DNA of 63,997 nt, counting the filler, from Basidioascus undulatus (Eukaryota): NCBI GenBank assembly GCA_000826855.1. It is 5 parts of 5 records of this genome, joined end to end, with 100 filler letters (N's around TTAATTAATTAA, not from the genome) between each part and the next. Parts side by side here need not be neighbours in the genome. Positions count along the whole stretch, not along the records: positions 26,219 to 39,215 come from JTLS01000853.1; positions 39,316 to 52,307 come from JTLS01000854.1; 3 more parts are not named here. The stretch is one strand, 5' to 3'. This document shows positions 31,019 through 44,419 of the stretch, in pieces. Made by a program: the position numbers and the translations under genes. The first letter of the stretch is position 1. Each line of letters opens with the position of its first letter. The notes under the pieces are model-generated. The model ran no database searches. It worked only from the letters and a program-made list of their open reading frames with translations, and was not told the DNA's origin.

Positions 31019-34000
31019 AGTTGGCAGAGGAGCGAGGAACTGATGTGTGGGATCGATAGGGTGGAAATAGTGATTTCCAGCCAGGTCTGAATGAGAATAA
31101 CGGGGGGGATGTAGTAGATAGCGTCCGGGTATGCCCAGAATGAGAATGCGACATGCTGATGGGAGATTGCAGTTGAGAAGACGAAAGAGAAAAGAGAAAA
31201 GAGACGTTTGAGCTCAGGCTTACGTAACTCGCTTGTGGAAGAGCGCCGAATTCCCCTTCTACAAGGCAATTTCAACTGATATTTTATCTTGACAGAGTCT
31301 TACCCCAGCTGTACTACAGACATTGCAAGTGCTGTTGTTATGAGTGATCGCTGAAGCTGGCCTGCAATGGCGCTGTCCGCCTCGTCAGGTAGTGGGCATA
31401 TCTTCATCTGCAGGCAGACGTGGCGCCTGAGATTGGCCTGAGACTTGACGACGAAGTAAATTCTAGTAAACAAGTCTGACAGGCCCTGATCTCGCTCCAA
31501 GTGGCAGAACAGCAAGTGCATTCGAACAACTCCGGGACAGCATGGTGTATAAATCCCTTCGCACACACTTCCTTGTGAAACTTCTGTGGTGAAACCTGAC
31601 CATGGAAGGTCATTTGTCATTTTATTGTACGTCCTTTAAACTCATCATCTGAACGTCTAAGATTCTACCGCATCAGATTGTCATCGTCCGCGAGACCACT
31701 GTGCAAGCACACGATCGGTGGTTTTCCTCTGCCAGCCTCGGCAGCATGCTGAAAATCTATCAACACCTTCGCCAGGTAAGTACTCCTAGTGGCTAGGAAG
31801 TGGCAAGTTCACTCTGGTTCTGAGAGCGCCCATACGCTGGTTGGCAGTTAATGTTCCTCATCTCTCCGCATCTTGAGTCATCTTCGTCGCTGACGGCAGA
31901 GCTCGCATTTCTCAGTGCCTGGTAGCTACCTGGAAGATACTGAATGGCCATTATAACACAGTTAATAGCATAACGAGTTACTAAGATATTGTCATGATCC
32001 AGTGCCTTGAGAAGCTTCCCATGCTGTAGGCGATCGTTCAAGGAAAATTCGGCACTTCAAGACTTCAACTTATATATTCGGTACATGTTGGCCCATACCC
32101 CTGGTTTGGGTTTTAATATTCTCTAATATAATCCCATAGTAGAGTCTGCCGTCTTTCATGCGAGTGAGGCTTCTGTTCCCTGGTCAGCAGTACTCTCAAT
32201 GCCTTGCCGCAATATTCAATGCCGAAATACAGCGCTGAGGCACGGTGCAAGCCTTCCTAACTCCATGCAAGTTCGTTTTCAAGAACAGGAGCAAAGGCGA
32301 AAAAATCTACTCAGGGGGTCCCTTGATGACGGGTTATCGCATGACGGGATGGGCGGCGGGCACCGGGCAGCAGCCGTGGTTCGGGTTGCGGTCATCGAAC
32401 CCTTCGTCGGCTGCATGCTTCCAAGTTTCCCGAACGTCCACCCCTTCATCGTCCTCATGCTGACAATTCTCGTCCTCAAGGGCCACATTCTCGTGATCTA
32501 CATTCGCACTCTCATTCTCCTTATTGTGGCCGCTTGGGTGGTCCCAGATCTGGCCGATCCGGCGGGGACGATGACGACGGTGTGCACATTTCCTGACAAT
32601 AGTTTCGGGCCGTTACGTTGAGTGAGTCCACCATATCTAAGCCACTGAAACCCACTTTCTGCAGCCAGGACCTCCGTATATCCACGCTTACCATCGGACT
32701 TTTGTAGACAATCAACCAGGCAGGCGAGTTACCTTGCCTAGTAGCCGCACAGCTGCTGAGCGCTTGTACCGAGGAAGGTGCGTATTCCCCATTCCACACC
32801 CAGGAAGCTCTGTCACTAGTAGACGGCAGATGCTAACAGAGGGCCTTGCATAGCCGTCACCGTCCCGTCGTTGAGCTCCGGTAGCTCGTGGGTGACAGCA
32901 GGCAGCTACTACGTTCCGCCCTCTTCAGCAGCGACGGAATGCGCTTGTTCCTCGGTGGCTTGCTCTATTCTGCGTGCTTGCTATTACTGTCAAACGGGCG
33001 GAGGATATGCCCCGTGAGTACACGGCTGAGGCTCTGGAAGATGCTCGTCGACCTGCCTTCCACGCACTGACGCACGCCTTGTCTCTTTCCCTTTCCTTGG
33101 TAAATGGAGCGTGCCTTCGAATACCTCCAGCACTTGGACTCCATACGTGACTTACTGCTCGAGTACCACAAACGGCAGGTGGGCGTCCAACTACTCCTCT
33201 TTCAAAATTCCGTCTGACAGCTCAACGTCCCAGTTATCCCAGACCGATAGCTTTAAGTGCGTAATTATTTGGGGTAGCTAGGTCCTTCTAATGAAAGTGC
33301 TGAAGCTTTCCCGCAGATGTCTCAGTGCCAGCGTGGGCGGCACTTCCCTTGCCTCGACATTCTACTCGTATCTGGAATTTTTCAAGGCGGTCTAAGATGC
33401 AAAGCGCCGGGGTGAAATACGGTGAAATACACTGCAGGGCGTTTGCCGTTCCTGTGCTTCGTCAAGGCGCAGGAGTGGCGCAGACTCTTGAATGCTGCGG
33501 CGCATCACATAAAGTGATCATTATTTCAACGTGCCTAAAAATCATTTAGAAAAAGGCTTGTATCGGAGCATCTTGATGCAGGTGGGGCGCGTATTGCGCA
33601 GCAGAAGTGGGAGAAGGAGCTTGGACCATTGCCGTCGGCGCGATCGCATACCGCTCGCAGCACACGGAACAGCGGAACAACGATGCGGATTCGTCGTATA
33701 CCTTCAGTGAATACCTTGGACTAGGTATTTATTGGAATTATCTGCAGTACAATGACAAACTCGCGCAACAGCAACGCAGAGGCCTCTAAGTGGCAGACGG
33801 AAGCATGGAGCGCCACCCGCAGTCGGCGGCGTCGACGCCGTTACAGGCCTGACCTGCGGCGAGGATCTCGACACTCGAATGTGTCCCTTATGAGTGGTTG
33901 GATCAGAAATAAGTACTGGGGGCTGTTCACCGCAGCAGGGGACAGGCACAGACCTCCTGCACAGTCATTCTAGCGAGCGAGCTTGCTCAGCTGCTCTTCC

Positions 34001-34098
34001 TCCAAAGGCGACCTCGACACGCAGTCTGAGCGTTCATCCCTTTTACACCACTGAACTTCTACCGTTCCCTCAAGATTTATTGGCCCTACTAGGCGAAC

Positions 34099-35962
34099 AT
34101 GACTCGATCTCCCCCTCGCCGTCCTCCGGCGTACTCAGCGCGCTCGTCACGTCAGCGCACCCCCACCAGCCTCGTTCCCCCGCGCTCGAGCTCAAGGGCC
34201 GCAACTGTGCCTCTCAAGTGGCCGCTCTGAGAGGTCCCGTCGAGCCAAACGGTCGGTCCAGTTCGGCAAGCGCGCGGTCGCCGGCGACCTCAAGCTACCC
34301 GCTTAAGTGCCCGCTGCGTCCGCGACGGCGCTCGGCAACTGGGCTTCCGCCTTTGAGGAGTTCCAGAACAAGACGTGCCTTCTGACGCCCTGAGATTGAC
34401 GAATGGTACGTGTTATTTTGTCTTTAGGTTTCGACGACCCCAACGCCCTCTTGTGCTGCAGTCCGTTCTACACCTTGTCCGAGTTTGTCAGGCAAGACAT
34501 GCGTGGATGTGATTGTCGACATTGGCCTTACTTACCCCTATCCATTCGAAACGAACCGAATGGCTGAGTGTCCTCTACTACCCTTGTGCAGATATGCCGA
34601 CGTGCGAGCCGTCTCCCCAACGCGCTTGTTGATATCTGTGAGCCGACCCACTTTCGCACACCTCCAAAAATTCGCAAGGTACTCACAGCCGCGACTTTCT
34701 CCTCATAGGGCATGCGAATGTCCGTTGGTTTCTGTCTCATTTGTCCCTTCCACCTGACTAATGCGACCACTTCTCATCAACGCAGGCAACCGGCTATTAC
34801 TCGTGAGTGCCTGAGTCTTACCTATCGTGTGCCAAATCTAACTCTGCTCTGAAGGGGATACGCCGACCTTGCAGAAGGCGGCAGTGGCGGCGGCGGCAGT
34901 GACGGTGCTGCCTCGATGAAGCGGCAAGCGAGCGGGCATGCTTCGACCATCAGCGAGGACACCTGGTTGCGTGGGCTGTGGCCGACGGACGGGAACGGGA
35001 TCGCGGAGTTCAAGGTAAGTCATTCAACAGTGATATTCATGCACATGTTTATCACTGTCTGAACTGACAATGAGTCTTCCAAACTATCTTCCCTGGCTTT
35101 TGTGCGTCCATGACAGTACGCTAGCGAGAGCAGCACTGTGTGCTGACTCCTTCACGTTCGTCACAGACGACTGCCGCACGCTCCACATCACACTGTCTTC
35201 TGTACGAACTACACCCTCAACACCAACGGGTGCGTCTTCCGCTTCCCCCAACCGGAAGCAGGACATCAGCACATACTTCATCCCACACAGCACCGTAAGC
35301 TCCGGCGCTGCGCGGCACATCGGACAGGCAAGTACCCATTCGCAATTTCTTCCTTAGCCACTTCAGCTGTTGAACGAGGAATCAACTCATCTGCAGTTCT
35401 TCTTCTACGAGGACCTCGGCGACGCTATCGTCCAGCTGCCGGCTTACGCGAACAACTCGCACAGCGGACGACGAACGACGAATGACGAGGACCGGCTTCT
35501 GACGGAGGAGCTCGAAGCCGGGTACAACGGTGTTGGACAGTGCGTATTCCTGTTTCACGCACTCTCGAGTAATGACAATGAAAATGCCTGTGGCCTTCTA
35601 GGCACGCCCTCCTCGGCTCCGACGTCTCAGACGGAGTCCTCGCTTTCATCAGTGCGCTCCGCTCTCCTCAACACTCACTCTTTAACTGACTGCCCTGGAG
35701 CGATCCCTCAAAATAGCCATCCTAATCGACACCACCGCCTCGTCAGCATCGAAACGAACCAGTACCTTACGGACCCCTCGTCCGACGCCTTCGTCCTCCC
35801 CGCGACGACCACCGGCTCTAGCTCTGCCGCCGCCGCTGCCGCAGCCAGCAAGACTTCGACCGCCAACACCACCGCGTCGGTTTCGAGCTCGAGCTCTCCA
35901 CCAACGCCACCAACTCGGGGGCAACGCTCGCGGCGCACCTGACGCCCCTCGCACTCGCATAG
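34099..35962 (+). pseudogene. Secreted intradiol ring-cleavage dioxygenase-like gene, multiply frameshifted
   Basis: Fragments FQNKTCLLTP/EIDE, PFY..EFVRQD, TCEP..NALVDI, ATGYYS, TWLRGLWPTDGNGIAEFK, TIFPGF, RTLHI, RHIGQ.FFYEDL..LPAYANN..RTTNDED and LLGSDVSDGVLAFI, followed by a Ser/Thr/Ala-rich tail. Frame breaks at ~34110-34130 and ~34390. Confidence 0.78.
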
Positions 35963-36429
35963 TTGCGCTGATGCTCTGAGTAGCGCTTCCTGTTTGCGCC
36001 CTTTGCGTCAGGGAAAGTCGAACAACACAACTTGGACGCTTTCTGTGATCCCCTTTTCCCTTTGTTTAGGGTCATTGTATGGTCTGCACTAAACGTGGAT
36101 GTACTTCTGGTGCTGCTTGTACGTGCAGTCGTCCACCGCTGTTTCCCCTTGCATCCGATGATGTCGTAAATGCTCCGCATGAGCACATAGTGAAACAGCC
36201 ATTCAGCTTGCGATTGATGTGGTCCTCAGCGCGACAGCATACGCTGACCAACCACTGGCAAACCGTCCTAGCCCCTCATCGACCCTCGCGCAGCTCCCAT
36301 CTCCCCACCCACCGCACGCAGCCACCTCCGCCTCCTCATCCTCTTCCCGCTCATCCACGTCCCACCGGCACTCCAAAGAAGGAATGCGATTCGAGATCCA
36401 TTGCTTCACCTCCCCAAAACAACCTCATC

Positions 36430-37669
36430 TCACCGCCTCCTCCCGCCTCCCGCCGCCCTCTTCCCCCCGCCTGCACTTCCACCCGCACCCGCCTTCCCCG
36501 CATCCCCAGCCTCCTTCGACCCGTCCTGCGGAGAAGAGCCACTGAGGAAGCTCGCGAGTCCGCCCTGCAGGGGGAGGGGTGTTGATCAGGATCCAGGACC
36601 AGCTCGCGCGTTCACGAAGGGGTAGCGTGGATGGTGGCAGTGACGAGGAGAGAAGTTAGGATCCGGGAGCGCAAGAAGAGGAGGATATGATGGTGGTGGA
36701 GGAACAGAGAGAAAGAGAGGTGGAGGGGCGAGAGATGAGGGGACAGGGAGGACGCACAACAAAGTCCATGTTCTGAACTGAGGCAATCTTGTTCTGGTTC
36801 TCTTGCATCTCCTTGAGAGCCTCGGGGTCCATGTTTTTCTGGGTGTGTGGGGATTATTGGATGGGGTGAGGAACAGAAAGGAAGGTAACGAGGGAAGACG
36901 GCGCACCATGAGCATCGGCATCAGGACCATCATGAGCACCGACCCGCCCATCAACAGCATCTGTTCCCTCCCCGTCTCTCAGCATTCCACCCTCATCTCC
37001 CTCTCCCTTCCCTTCCTTTCCACGACGCACCATCGGGTTCTTGAGCATGCCCGCCGCGTTGAAGCCCTCGCGCTTCTCATACCAGTCGAGCTCGGCCCGT
37101 GCCTCCAGCCGCAGCGGGTACTCGCCCACCCACTCGCCCTCAGCGGGCGGCGCGGTCGCCCACGGCTCGGCGGGGTTCCAGCGCCGCACAATGGGCGCGG
37201 ACGAAATGGAGGGCACGTCGAGCCGGAGGAGGTGGAACGCGTGCGTGGGCGAGTGCACGCGGAGCGCGTAGGTCCCGGGGGAGACGTTGGGGCTGTGGAT
37301 TGTAGATTGTCCAATTTAGGAATTGAAAGAGGAGGAATGGGAAGGGGAGGGGAAGGAAATGGAAACGGGAACGAGGAGACAGACGCACATCGCGAACGAC
37401 CCGCCAGGGTGGACGAACGACGCCAGCTCGGCGTCGCCCGCTCCAGTGAGGATGACGCGCGTGGTGGGTCCGAGGAGGGTGAGGTGCTGCAGGTGCTCAG
37501 AGGGGAGGATGAACCCCTTGATCGTGGTCGTCTCTGCAGACGCGAGGGCAACGGACAGTGTCGCGGCGCTGCAGGAGGGTGGAGGGTAGTGAGCTGGCTG
37601 GAGGTGGAGTGCGCTTGGGAGATGGGGGATATGTGCGTACAGCGCGCTGAGGAATCCTGCAACCCGCAT
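36430..37669 (-). CDS. EMC7: ER membrane protein complex subunit 7 (DUF2012), multi-exon
   Basis: Signal peptide MRVAGFLSALAATLSVALASA, GSFAI..NVSPGTYALRVHSPTHAFHLLRLDV, YPLRL..WYEKREGFNAAGMLKNPMMLLM, NMDPEALKEMQ and a basic C-terminus ending GGGRRR*. Confidence 0.88.
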
Positions 37670-37951
37670 TTTAAACGGGATCGAGCAAGGAGGAGGAGGG
37701 GGAGGTGATGAAGGTGTTGATGGTGAGCGCCCAAGGGCGAAGGCACATCGTTCGGAGGCCGCAACGCCGGTGCAGCCGCGCCGCTATCGCATCTTCCCTC
37801 TTCCTTGCTCTTCCCTTTCCTCCACCATCATCTTCCTTCTGCGATCCGTATACTGAACTCCCTCTCGAAATCCCGGATTATTCCCCTTTCCTCTCACTGA
37901 CATATAATTCGTGGGCGCAGTTCATCACGCCCACTGGCACTCGATCGAACC

Positions 37952-39215
37952 ATGCCCCGCTCGACCGGCCCTCCAAATCACACCTCCTTCCTCGCGCGCG
38001 CGCACTCCTTCGCGATCGCCTTCGGCACAGTATACGTGCTCTTCCTCCTCTCGCTCACTCACCCGACAGTGCAGAACAAGTTCGTCGTCTTCCCCTTGCC
38101 CCCTCTTGGTGGCCCCAACCTCCCTCCCACCTTGTGCCGTCTCTGAGATCGAACGGCTGCGCCAGTCTGCTCTACCTTCACAACATCCACTGGCCGCCGA
38201 ACGCGGAGTTCGACAACCCCGCGGCGTACGGGCTCGCCCCCGGCAAAGTTCGGAATCTGAACCTGACGACGGAGGATGGGGTGCGGATCGGTGAGGCCTC
38301 CCCCTCCCTCCCCTATGCTTCTTTTCGAGACAAAGACACAGATGTGACTGACAAGGAGGGTCAATGAAGGCGCATGGCACGTCCTCCCGGACTCGCTCGT
38401 CCGCCCCCCTGCGAAAGCCCCCACCCTCGAAACGTTCTGCAGCGCGTTCGAGACGCACCCGACTATCCGTACGCTTTTTCTCCCTCTACCCTTAGCCTTC
38501 CCGTCTCGCCGACAAACCAAGTCCGCTTTTCTCATATCGCGTGATGACCTCTCCCAGTGTACTTCCACGGCAACGCTGCCACGCGCGCCCAGTCCACGCG
38601 CGTCCTCACCTACTCGACCCTCTCCACACGCCTTGACGCGAACATCCTCGCGATCGACTACCGGGGTCCGGTTTTCCCCTTCTTTCCCTTGCCCTCCGTC
38701 CAGAGCTGACCCAACCCCAGCAGGCTTCGCCGACTCCGCCGGGACGCCCTCCGAGGCCGGCCTCACGCTCGACGCGTACGCGGCGTTCACGTACCCCGTC
38801 TCGCTCGGTGTCAGGCCGGAGAACATCACGCTCTTTGGCCAGAGCCTCGGGACGGGCGTGGCTGCTAACTTGGGGGCGAGGCTCGCTAGCGAGGGTGAGC
38901 TTCCTTCCTTCGCACTCTTCTACCTTGCCGCTTTCCTACTTTCTTGCTTTTCGAACCAATAATGGGGGAGGAAAGGAGTTGCTGATGCGTGTCGACCGGC
39001 CAGGTATCACTCCCCGCGCCCTCATCCTCGCCGCGCCCTTCTCAAGCATCCCCATGCTCCTAGAAACCTACAAGCTCTTCACTGTCCTGCCCGTCCTCGG
39101 CCCTCTGCGGAGCATTCCATTCGCGCACAGTGCGTTCTCCCCATCCCCTTCCCTTCCCCTCCTTTCGCCCTTACTCTCTGCCAGCACCCCCTCCTTCTCA
39201 ACCTTACTCTCCATC
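37952..39215 (+). CDS. ABHD12-like alpha/beta hydrolase (membrane-anchored lipase), 3' end cut by the contig end
   Basis: N-terminal TM segment, PAAYGLAPGKVRNLNLTTEDGVRIGAWHVLP, YFHGNAATR, ILAIDYRGFADSAGTPSEAGL, nucleophile elbow GQSLGTG and LILAAPFSS. Confidence 0.9.
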
Positions 39216-39315
39216 NNNNNNNNNNNNNNNNNNNNNNNNNNNNNNNNNNNNNNNNNNNNTTAATTAATTAANNNNNNNNNNNNNNNNNNNNNNNNNNNNN
39301 NNNNNNNNNNNNNNN
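39216..39315. other. Artificial contig spacer N44-TTAATTAATTAA-N44
   Basis: Same 100-nt linker. Confidence 0.97.
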
Positions 39316-41281
39316 GACGCACCCGCACCCGCCGCCCGCGCCGTCGCCGTACGGGTACGGTCCGCCGCCGACGCACGCGCACCACGCGCACCACCCTTCA
39401 GCGTCGCCGTCGCCGTACCCGTCCGCGCTCGACCCGTCCCTGGCCGCGCAGACGTCGTATCCGTCCTTCGCGCCCCCGACACACGCCCACGCCCACGCCC
39501 ACCACCCGCATCCGCACCAGCACCAGCATCACCTGCCCTTCGCGCACCAGTCCCTCCCCCTCGCGTCACTCGACCAGCACGTCCTCCTTCCCCCCGCATC
39601 CGCACTCAGCACCATGTACCTCCCCCCGCCCTCCGCACCGCCCCCCACACCCCAGCAGCAGCAGCAGCGGACGCCGCCCCCCTCCGTGCCGGCGCCCCCG
39701 CCCGTACAGCTCGTCATGGCTCACCAGCCAACGCGGGGTGACGCGCTGCCCTCCCCCGCGCCCGAGCAACTGGCGCTGCAATCCAAGCCGAAGAAGCGGA
39801 GGCGGAGCTCAAAGAAGCAGCTTGGTGTGTCGTCGTCGTCGCCCTTGCTCCTGTCCGCGCTTTCCATAGTAGCTCACTCCGTTTGTCGCGCCGATCGATA
39901 GCGGAAGCAGCTGAGGCGGAGGGAGGTTTCGGGCCGAGCACGTCGGGGCGCGGCAAGAAGCGGGAGCGCCAGCGCGCCCTCTCCCCGTACAACCTTTTCC
40001 TCAAAGAGGTGCTCGCGTCGCTGAAGAGCACGCACGGCCAAGTCGCGCATGCGCATCGGTGCGTCTCTCTTCTCCCTCTCCCTCGCCCTCTCCCTCTTCG
40101 TCTTCCTCTTTCTGCGTACTCGTGTCTTACCTCGCACGTGTCGGATCCAGCTTCAAAGTCGCCGCGAGCTTCTGGACGGAGCAGTGTGACAAGACGGCGG
40201 CGATCGCGGGGGACAAGCACGTCAAGACGGAGCTGCAGCTGAAGGCGTGGGAGGCCGCGCAGGAGGACATGCACGCAATTCTGGGTGCGTCGTCGCATCC
40301 CTTCTGCTGCCTCTCCGTCTGTTTGGCTTACAACCCTCCCTCTTCTTAACGACACAGATCTGTTGAGGAAGCGGGTGGAGGACAGCGCCGAACAAGAGAT
40401 CGCGCTGCACGGAGAAGGTGCGCCTGCCTCCCTTCCGCCCCTTACTGCCCCACCCCTTTCCGTCGGACTTGTCCCCGCCAAAGCCGCTGACTGCACGCGC
40501 GTGCGCCTTCAGACAGCAAAAACCGCCCGCATTCGGAGTACAACCTGTGCGCCTCTCGCTCCTCCGCTCCCTCCCCCTTCCCACCTCTTCCTCCCCTGAC
40601 TCCCAGCACACAAAAGGCACATGCACACAGAGCTCGCGCGCCTCAAGGCTGAGCAGCCCGAGACGCCGTACCAAGATCGGTGCGTCCTCCCCTCCCCTCC
40701 CGCTCCTGCTTTTTTTTGTCCCAGCATTGCTGTAGGAGACTGACATGTGGGACGGAAATGGGGTGGGATGGGACAGGTTCAAGCTCGCCGCGAGCCTGTG
40801 GCAGCAGCGCAAGTCGTCCGGAGACGTGCGCAACGCGAGCCGCGTGCATCTGTCGACGAGGACGACGCCGAGGACGACGCCGAGGAAGAACCCGTGCGTC
40901 GTGTTCCACTCTACCTCTCCCCTTCCCTGTTCTTTCCACTCCCTCGACGTCCATTTCTGACGGAGCAGTTGTACTGACAAACATTCGCTTGTCAGGTACT
41001 GCGACCACATGAAAGAAGAGCTCGCGCGCCTGCAGCGCGAGCAGCCGGACGTGCCTTACCCACAGCGGTTCAAGCACGCCGCCGCGCTCTGGCAGGACAA
41101 GAAGAAGCTCCTCGCCGCCGCCGCCGCCGCCAGCCCGGGCGAATCCTCATCCTCCGCCATCCCGAAGCTGCCCCCGACGCCGCCCCAGGACTCGGAGGAG
41201 GAGCAGATGCAGTTGATGCAGGCCCACGCGCAGGCGGCGATGGATGTGGGGGTGGGGGGAGCGGTGCAGGGTGGAGACTGA
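39316..41281 (+). CDS. Probable nuclear DNA-binding protein with three YABBY/HMG-box-like repeats, 5' end cut by the contig start
   Basis: His/Pro/Gln-rich N-terminus and NLS-like KPKKRRRSSKK. Repeats after splicing: SPYNLFLKEVLASLKSTHGQVAHAHRFKVAASFW, SEYNLHMHTELARLKAEQPETPYQDRFKLAASLW and NPYCDHMKEELARLQREQPDVPYPQRFKHAAALW. Confidence 0.8.
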
Positions 41282-42376
41282 TGAAAGAGGGGAGAGGTAG
41301 GGATGTGAAGGGATGGTGGGAAAGAGCGGGAGATGGGGAGGGGAGAGGGGGGCGGACGACGGTGGTGAGCCGTGAGCCGATGGACGGTTGTTGTTCTACT
41401 TCTTTTTCCTTTCATCTTTTCATCCTCAAGTTCCGTCCTTCGTTACGTATTCTTGACCCGATCTGGAGCTGAGCTTTCATGTTACTCTATGCACAACCTT
41501 CTTATTCCCTTCATCTATAACCCTTCTCCGCTTCTCCTTCACCGTTCACCGTTCGCCCTTCTCCCTCCGCTTTCCCTCAGCCGCTTCTCCCTTCTCCCTT
41601 CTCCCTTCCTTTACCATCCACCTTTCTCCCTTCTCACTCCGCCTCCCCTTCTCCGCTTCCCTTCTCCCTCCGCCTACCATCCTCCCTCCTCTCTTCTCTC
41701 TTCTTGTCTCCCCTCGTTGTTTTCCCATGGTTGTCATCGTGTTGATGGGTCTCTAGCGTTTCTCGTCTCTCATCTTTCGTGTACTTTTAGCCTCCCTGCC
41801 TATCTGCTCCCCCCCTCTGCCCATTCCCCCACACGCAAGAACAGGCGCAAAAGCCGAAGCAGGCTGGTGATGTAAAACGGATACTACTCATTTTTGTATA
41901 GCTTCTTGGTGGTTGGTTGTTGGTCGGGCGTGTGTGTGTCTGTACTCACGGGCGAGGGGTTGTCCAAGGCTGTCTACGAGGGGACCGGGTTTTCCGCCTT
42001 TGACTATGAAACCATGCAAAAGCAGCGTCTCGTCTGAGTCTTTGCCAAGCGGTGTTTCTTTGAGGATAGTGAGTAATGGAGTACCACTGCAGGGAGACAA
42101 GACACGCAAAACTTCTTGTAAGACGTTCGCTTATCCGTCCAAACTCTCATCTAAACCTGGCGGGCGTCCGCATACGAGGGTGATCATGAGTGGGACGAAC
42201 ATGAGTGGGACCTATCTATTGTCTCCAGGATTCGCAGTTTCTCTGCGGTTCCACGCCGCGATGCGTACATGCAGCTTAAGAGGGAGGCATGAGAGGTCCG
42301 ACTGCGGGGTCTCTGAGCGACACAGCACTCGTGTCACGTTTCCGCTTTACCTGTATCATGCTAAAAGGCAAAAACT

Positions 42377-43503
42377 CTATACAAGCACAGCCAATTTATA
42401 CACGGGCAACGGGCTTCCCAAAATTTCAACGGGCTCAACGAACAGCTTGACTCCCTTCTTCCCAAGGATCGCCGACGCGCGCTGCGACCAAGACTCCCAC
42501 TCACTCCACGCATCGGTGCCGGCAAGCGGATTCAAAGTAATCTTGAGCAGACTGGAGACCTTGCTGGGGTTGAAATGCTCGAATCTCTCCTCGATCTGCG
42601 CAGCGAAGGCCTCTGACAAAGGGAGTCCGATGGCAATTGCCCTGACGTGCGGATGCTCAAGCGGGGATAGGAGGATCGCTGAAGTTTAATGTGCATAATT
42701 TAGTTCTAGAAAGTGCAGATTGGGCAGTGTGAGAGATAATGAGGGCTTAGCGGTTAAAGTTATTCAAGAGCGTCAGCTCTTCGAGCGAAGGCCCCAGGTT
42801 CTTCAGATCTTCTCGAGGCAACCATTATTGGTCGCCTGAATCAAGCAGAAAGATTGGAAGAGGAGCCGTCGTTTTGCGCAGGTAAGGAGGAGTCGCCGTG
42901 GGCCATCCATACGAGACTTGACAGAGACGGAAGGTCGAGGGAAAGCGTGGCCTCCCGCAGGAACGCGCAGCTGGCTCACGCTGAGTGTTTTGAGCTGTTG
43001 AAGTTGAATTGATTGAGGAAAGGGATAAGGGATGCCAATCGCTCGAAAGCCCAGCGAGGGAAGTGTCGATAGGCGTGAGCCCGAGGAAGCGGGTGGCCGA
43101 AACGACCATTGAACCAATGATTGCGGTAAGATGCGAAAGACGGCTGAGCGGGATGGACAGGTTGCCTTCCCAGTCGCTCCTTGGGAGTTTCACGGCGCCA
43201 AGACGAAAGTCTCGAGCGGTTTCCCGTCGAGGGTGCGGGGCAACGCCAGCGTCTCGAGGAGCTGGAGGCAGGTGCGTTCCGAGTCGAGCGATGGTGCGAT
43301 ACAGAAGCGAGGTTACAATCGGCCGAGTGGGATATCACCATAAGCGCTTCCTGCACGGGAGTACTTTGGGGCCTTCGACATACCTCCCACGCTTTGCACA
43401 CGAGCAAGTACTGGAGCTTCTCCGCCGCCGGGGCGCCTTCGGTAGCGAGCTCGAGAACACGCAACAGCAGCTCGGCGGGGATTTCGTCGACAGTAGCAGC
43501 CAT
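42377..43503 (-). pseudogene. F-box/LRR-like gene with frameshifts and stops
   Basis: Starts MAATVDEIPAELLLRVLELA..YLLVCKAWE. LRR-like fragments IQLQQLKTLSV, PSLEELTL and LPNLHFLELN lie in shifting frames with intervening stops. Confidence 0.6.
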
Positions 43504-44419
43504 TCTCGCTGGTTTGAGTTTGGAGGATAGCAGAGATGTGAAGAAGGTGTGCGTGGGTGGGGAGGCCGGGCAAGCAGCAGGTTGAGCGCGCTCAATGGCC
43601 TTGAAGGCGGACCGCCCACTAATCATGCCGTCGAACCTAGTAGTAATGATGCCGAAAGAGGCAGATTGGTTCATGTGGTGCATGCGGTTCACGCTCGCTG
43701 CGCTCCACCACTCAGCAGGATGAGGACAAGACCCAATATTGTCCATAGGGCTACAAATGAACTCAACTCTATGAAATAGCAGGTACATGATCGAAGGTGC
43801 GAACTCTTACACCTACAATAAAGAACCCCGAGCAGTGCACCATCCTTCGTTGGCACAATTGAGGGCTTGGTAAGAACTGTGGAACCCGCCCCTCACAGCC
43901 CATCCACGGTCACCTGGCTCCAAGGGCTGTTCTACTTTATGCTTTTGGACCTATGGATTATGAGTTGTTTGTATCGATAATATTATCTTATGAGTAAGTG
44001 TGTGCCGTAGTTTCCATCTGATACATCTGTCAATTGCAAACTTACATCCTACAGCCAAATTCTCTGCAAACCTATTGCAGCAGACGGCGGCAAAAACGCA
44101 CTGTCTTCAGATGCGCCTTCCTCTGTGTTAAATTTTAGCTCAACTGAAGATCTTGATCCGGGTTTATCCAATGCCAGTTTCTTGGCACGGGAAACTCATG
44201 CCGAGAAGAACGGCTCATGGCAGAAGGCAATGCAAAACCACTCTTCAGCGACTTGCAGCTTTGCACTCGTCTGTTAGAAGCACACACATGCCTTTTTATA
44301 GTGAGAGTACGCTTCCTGATGCAGGCAGTTCATCGCATCCAAAAGACTCGTTGCGCAGGCCACGCTCTCAATAGTTGCCGTCGAGTACACGTCAGATTCA
44401 ATTTCCAAAGCGGCCGCGT

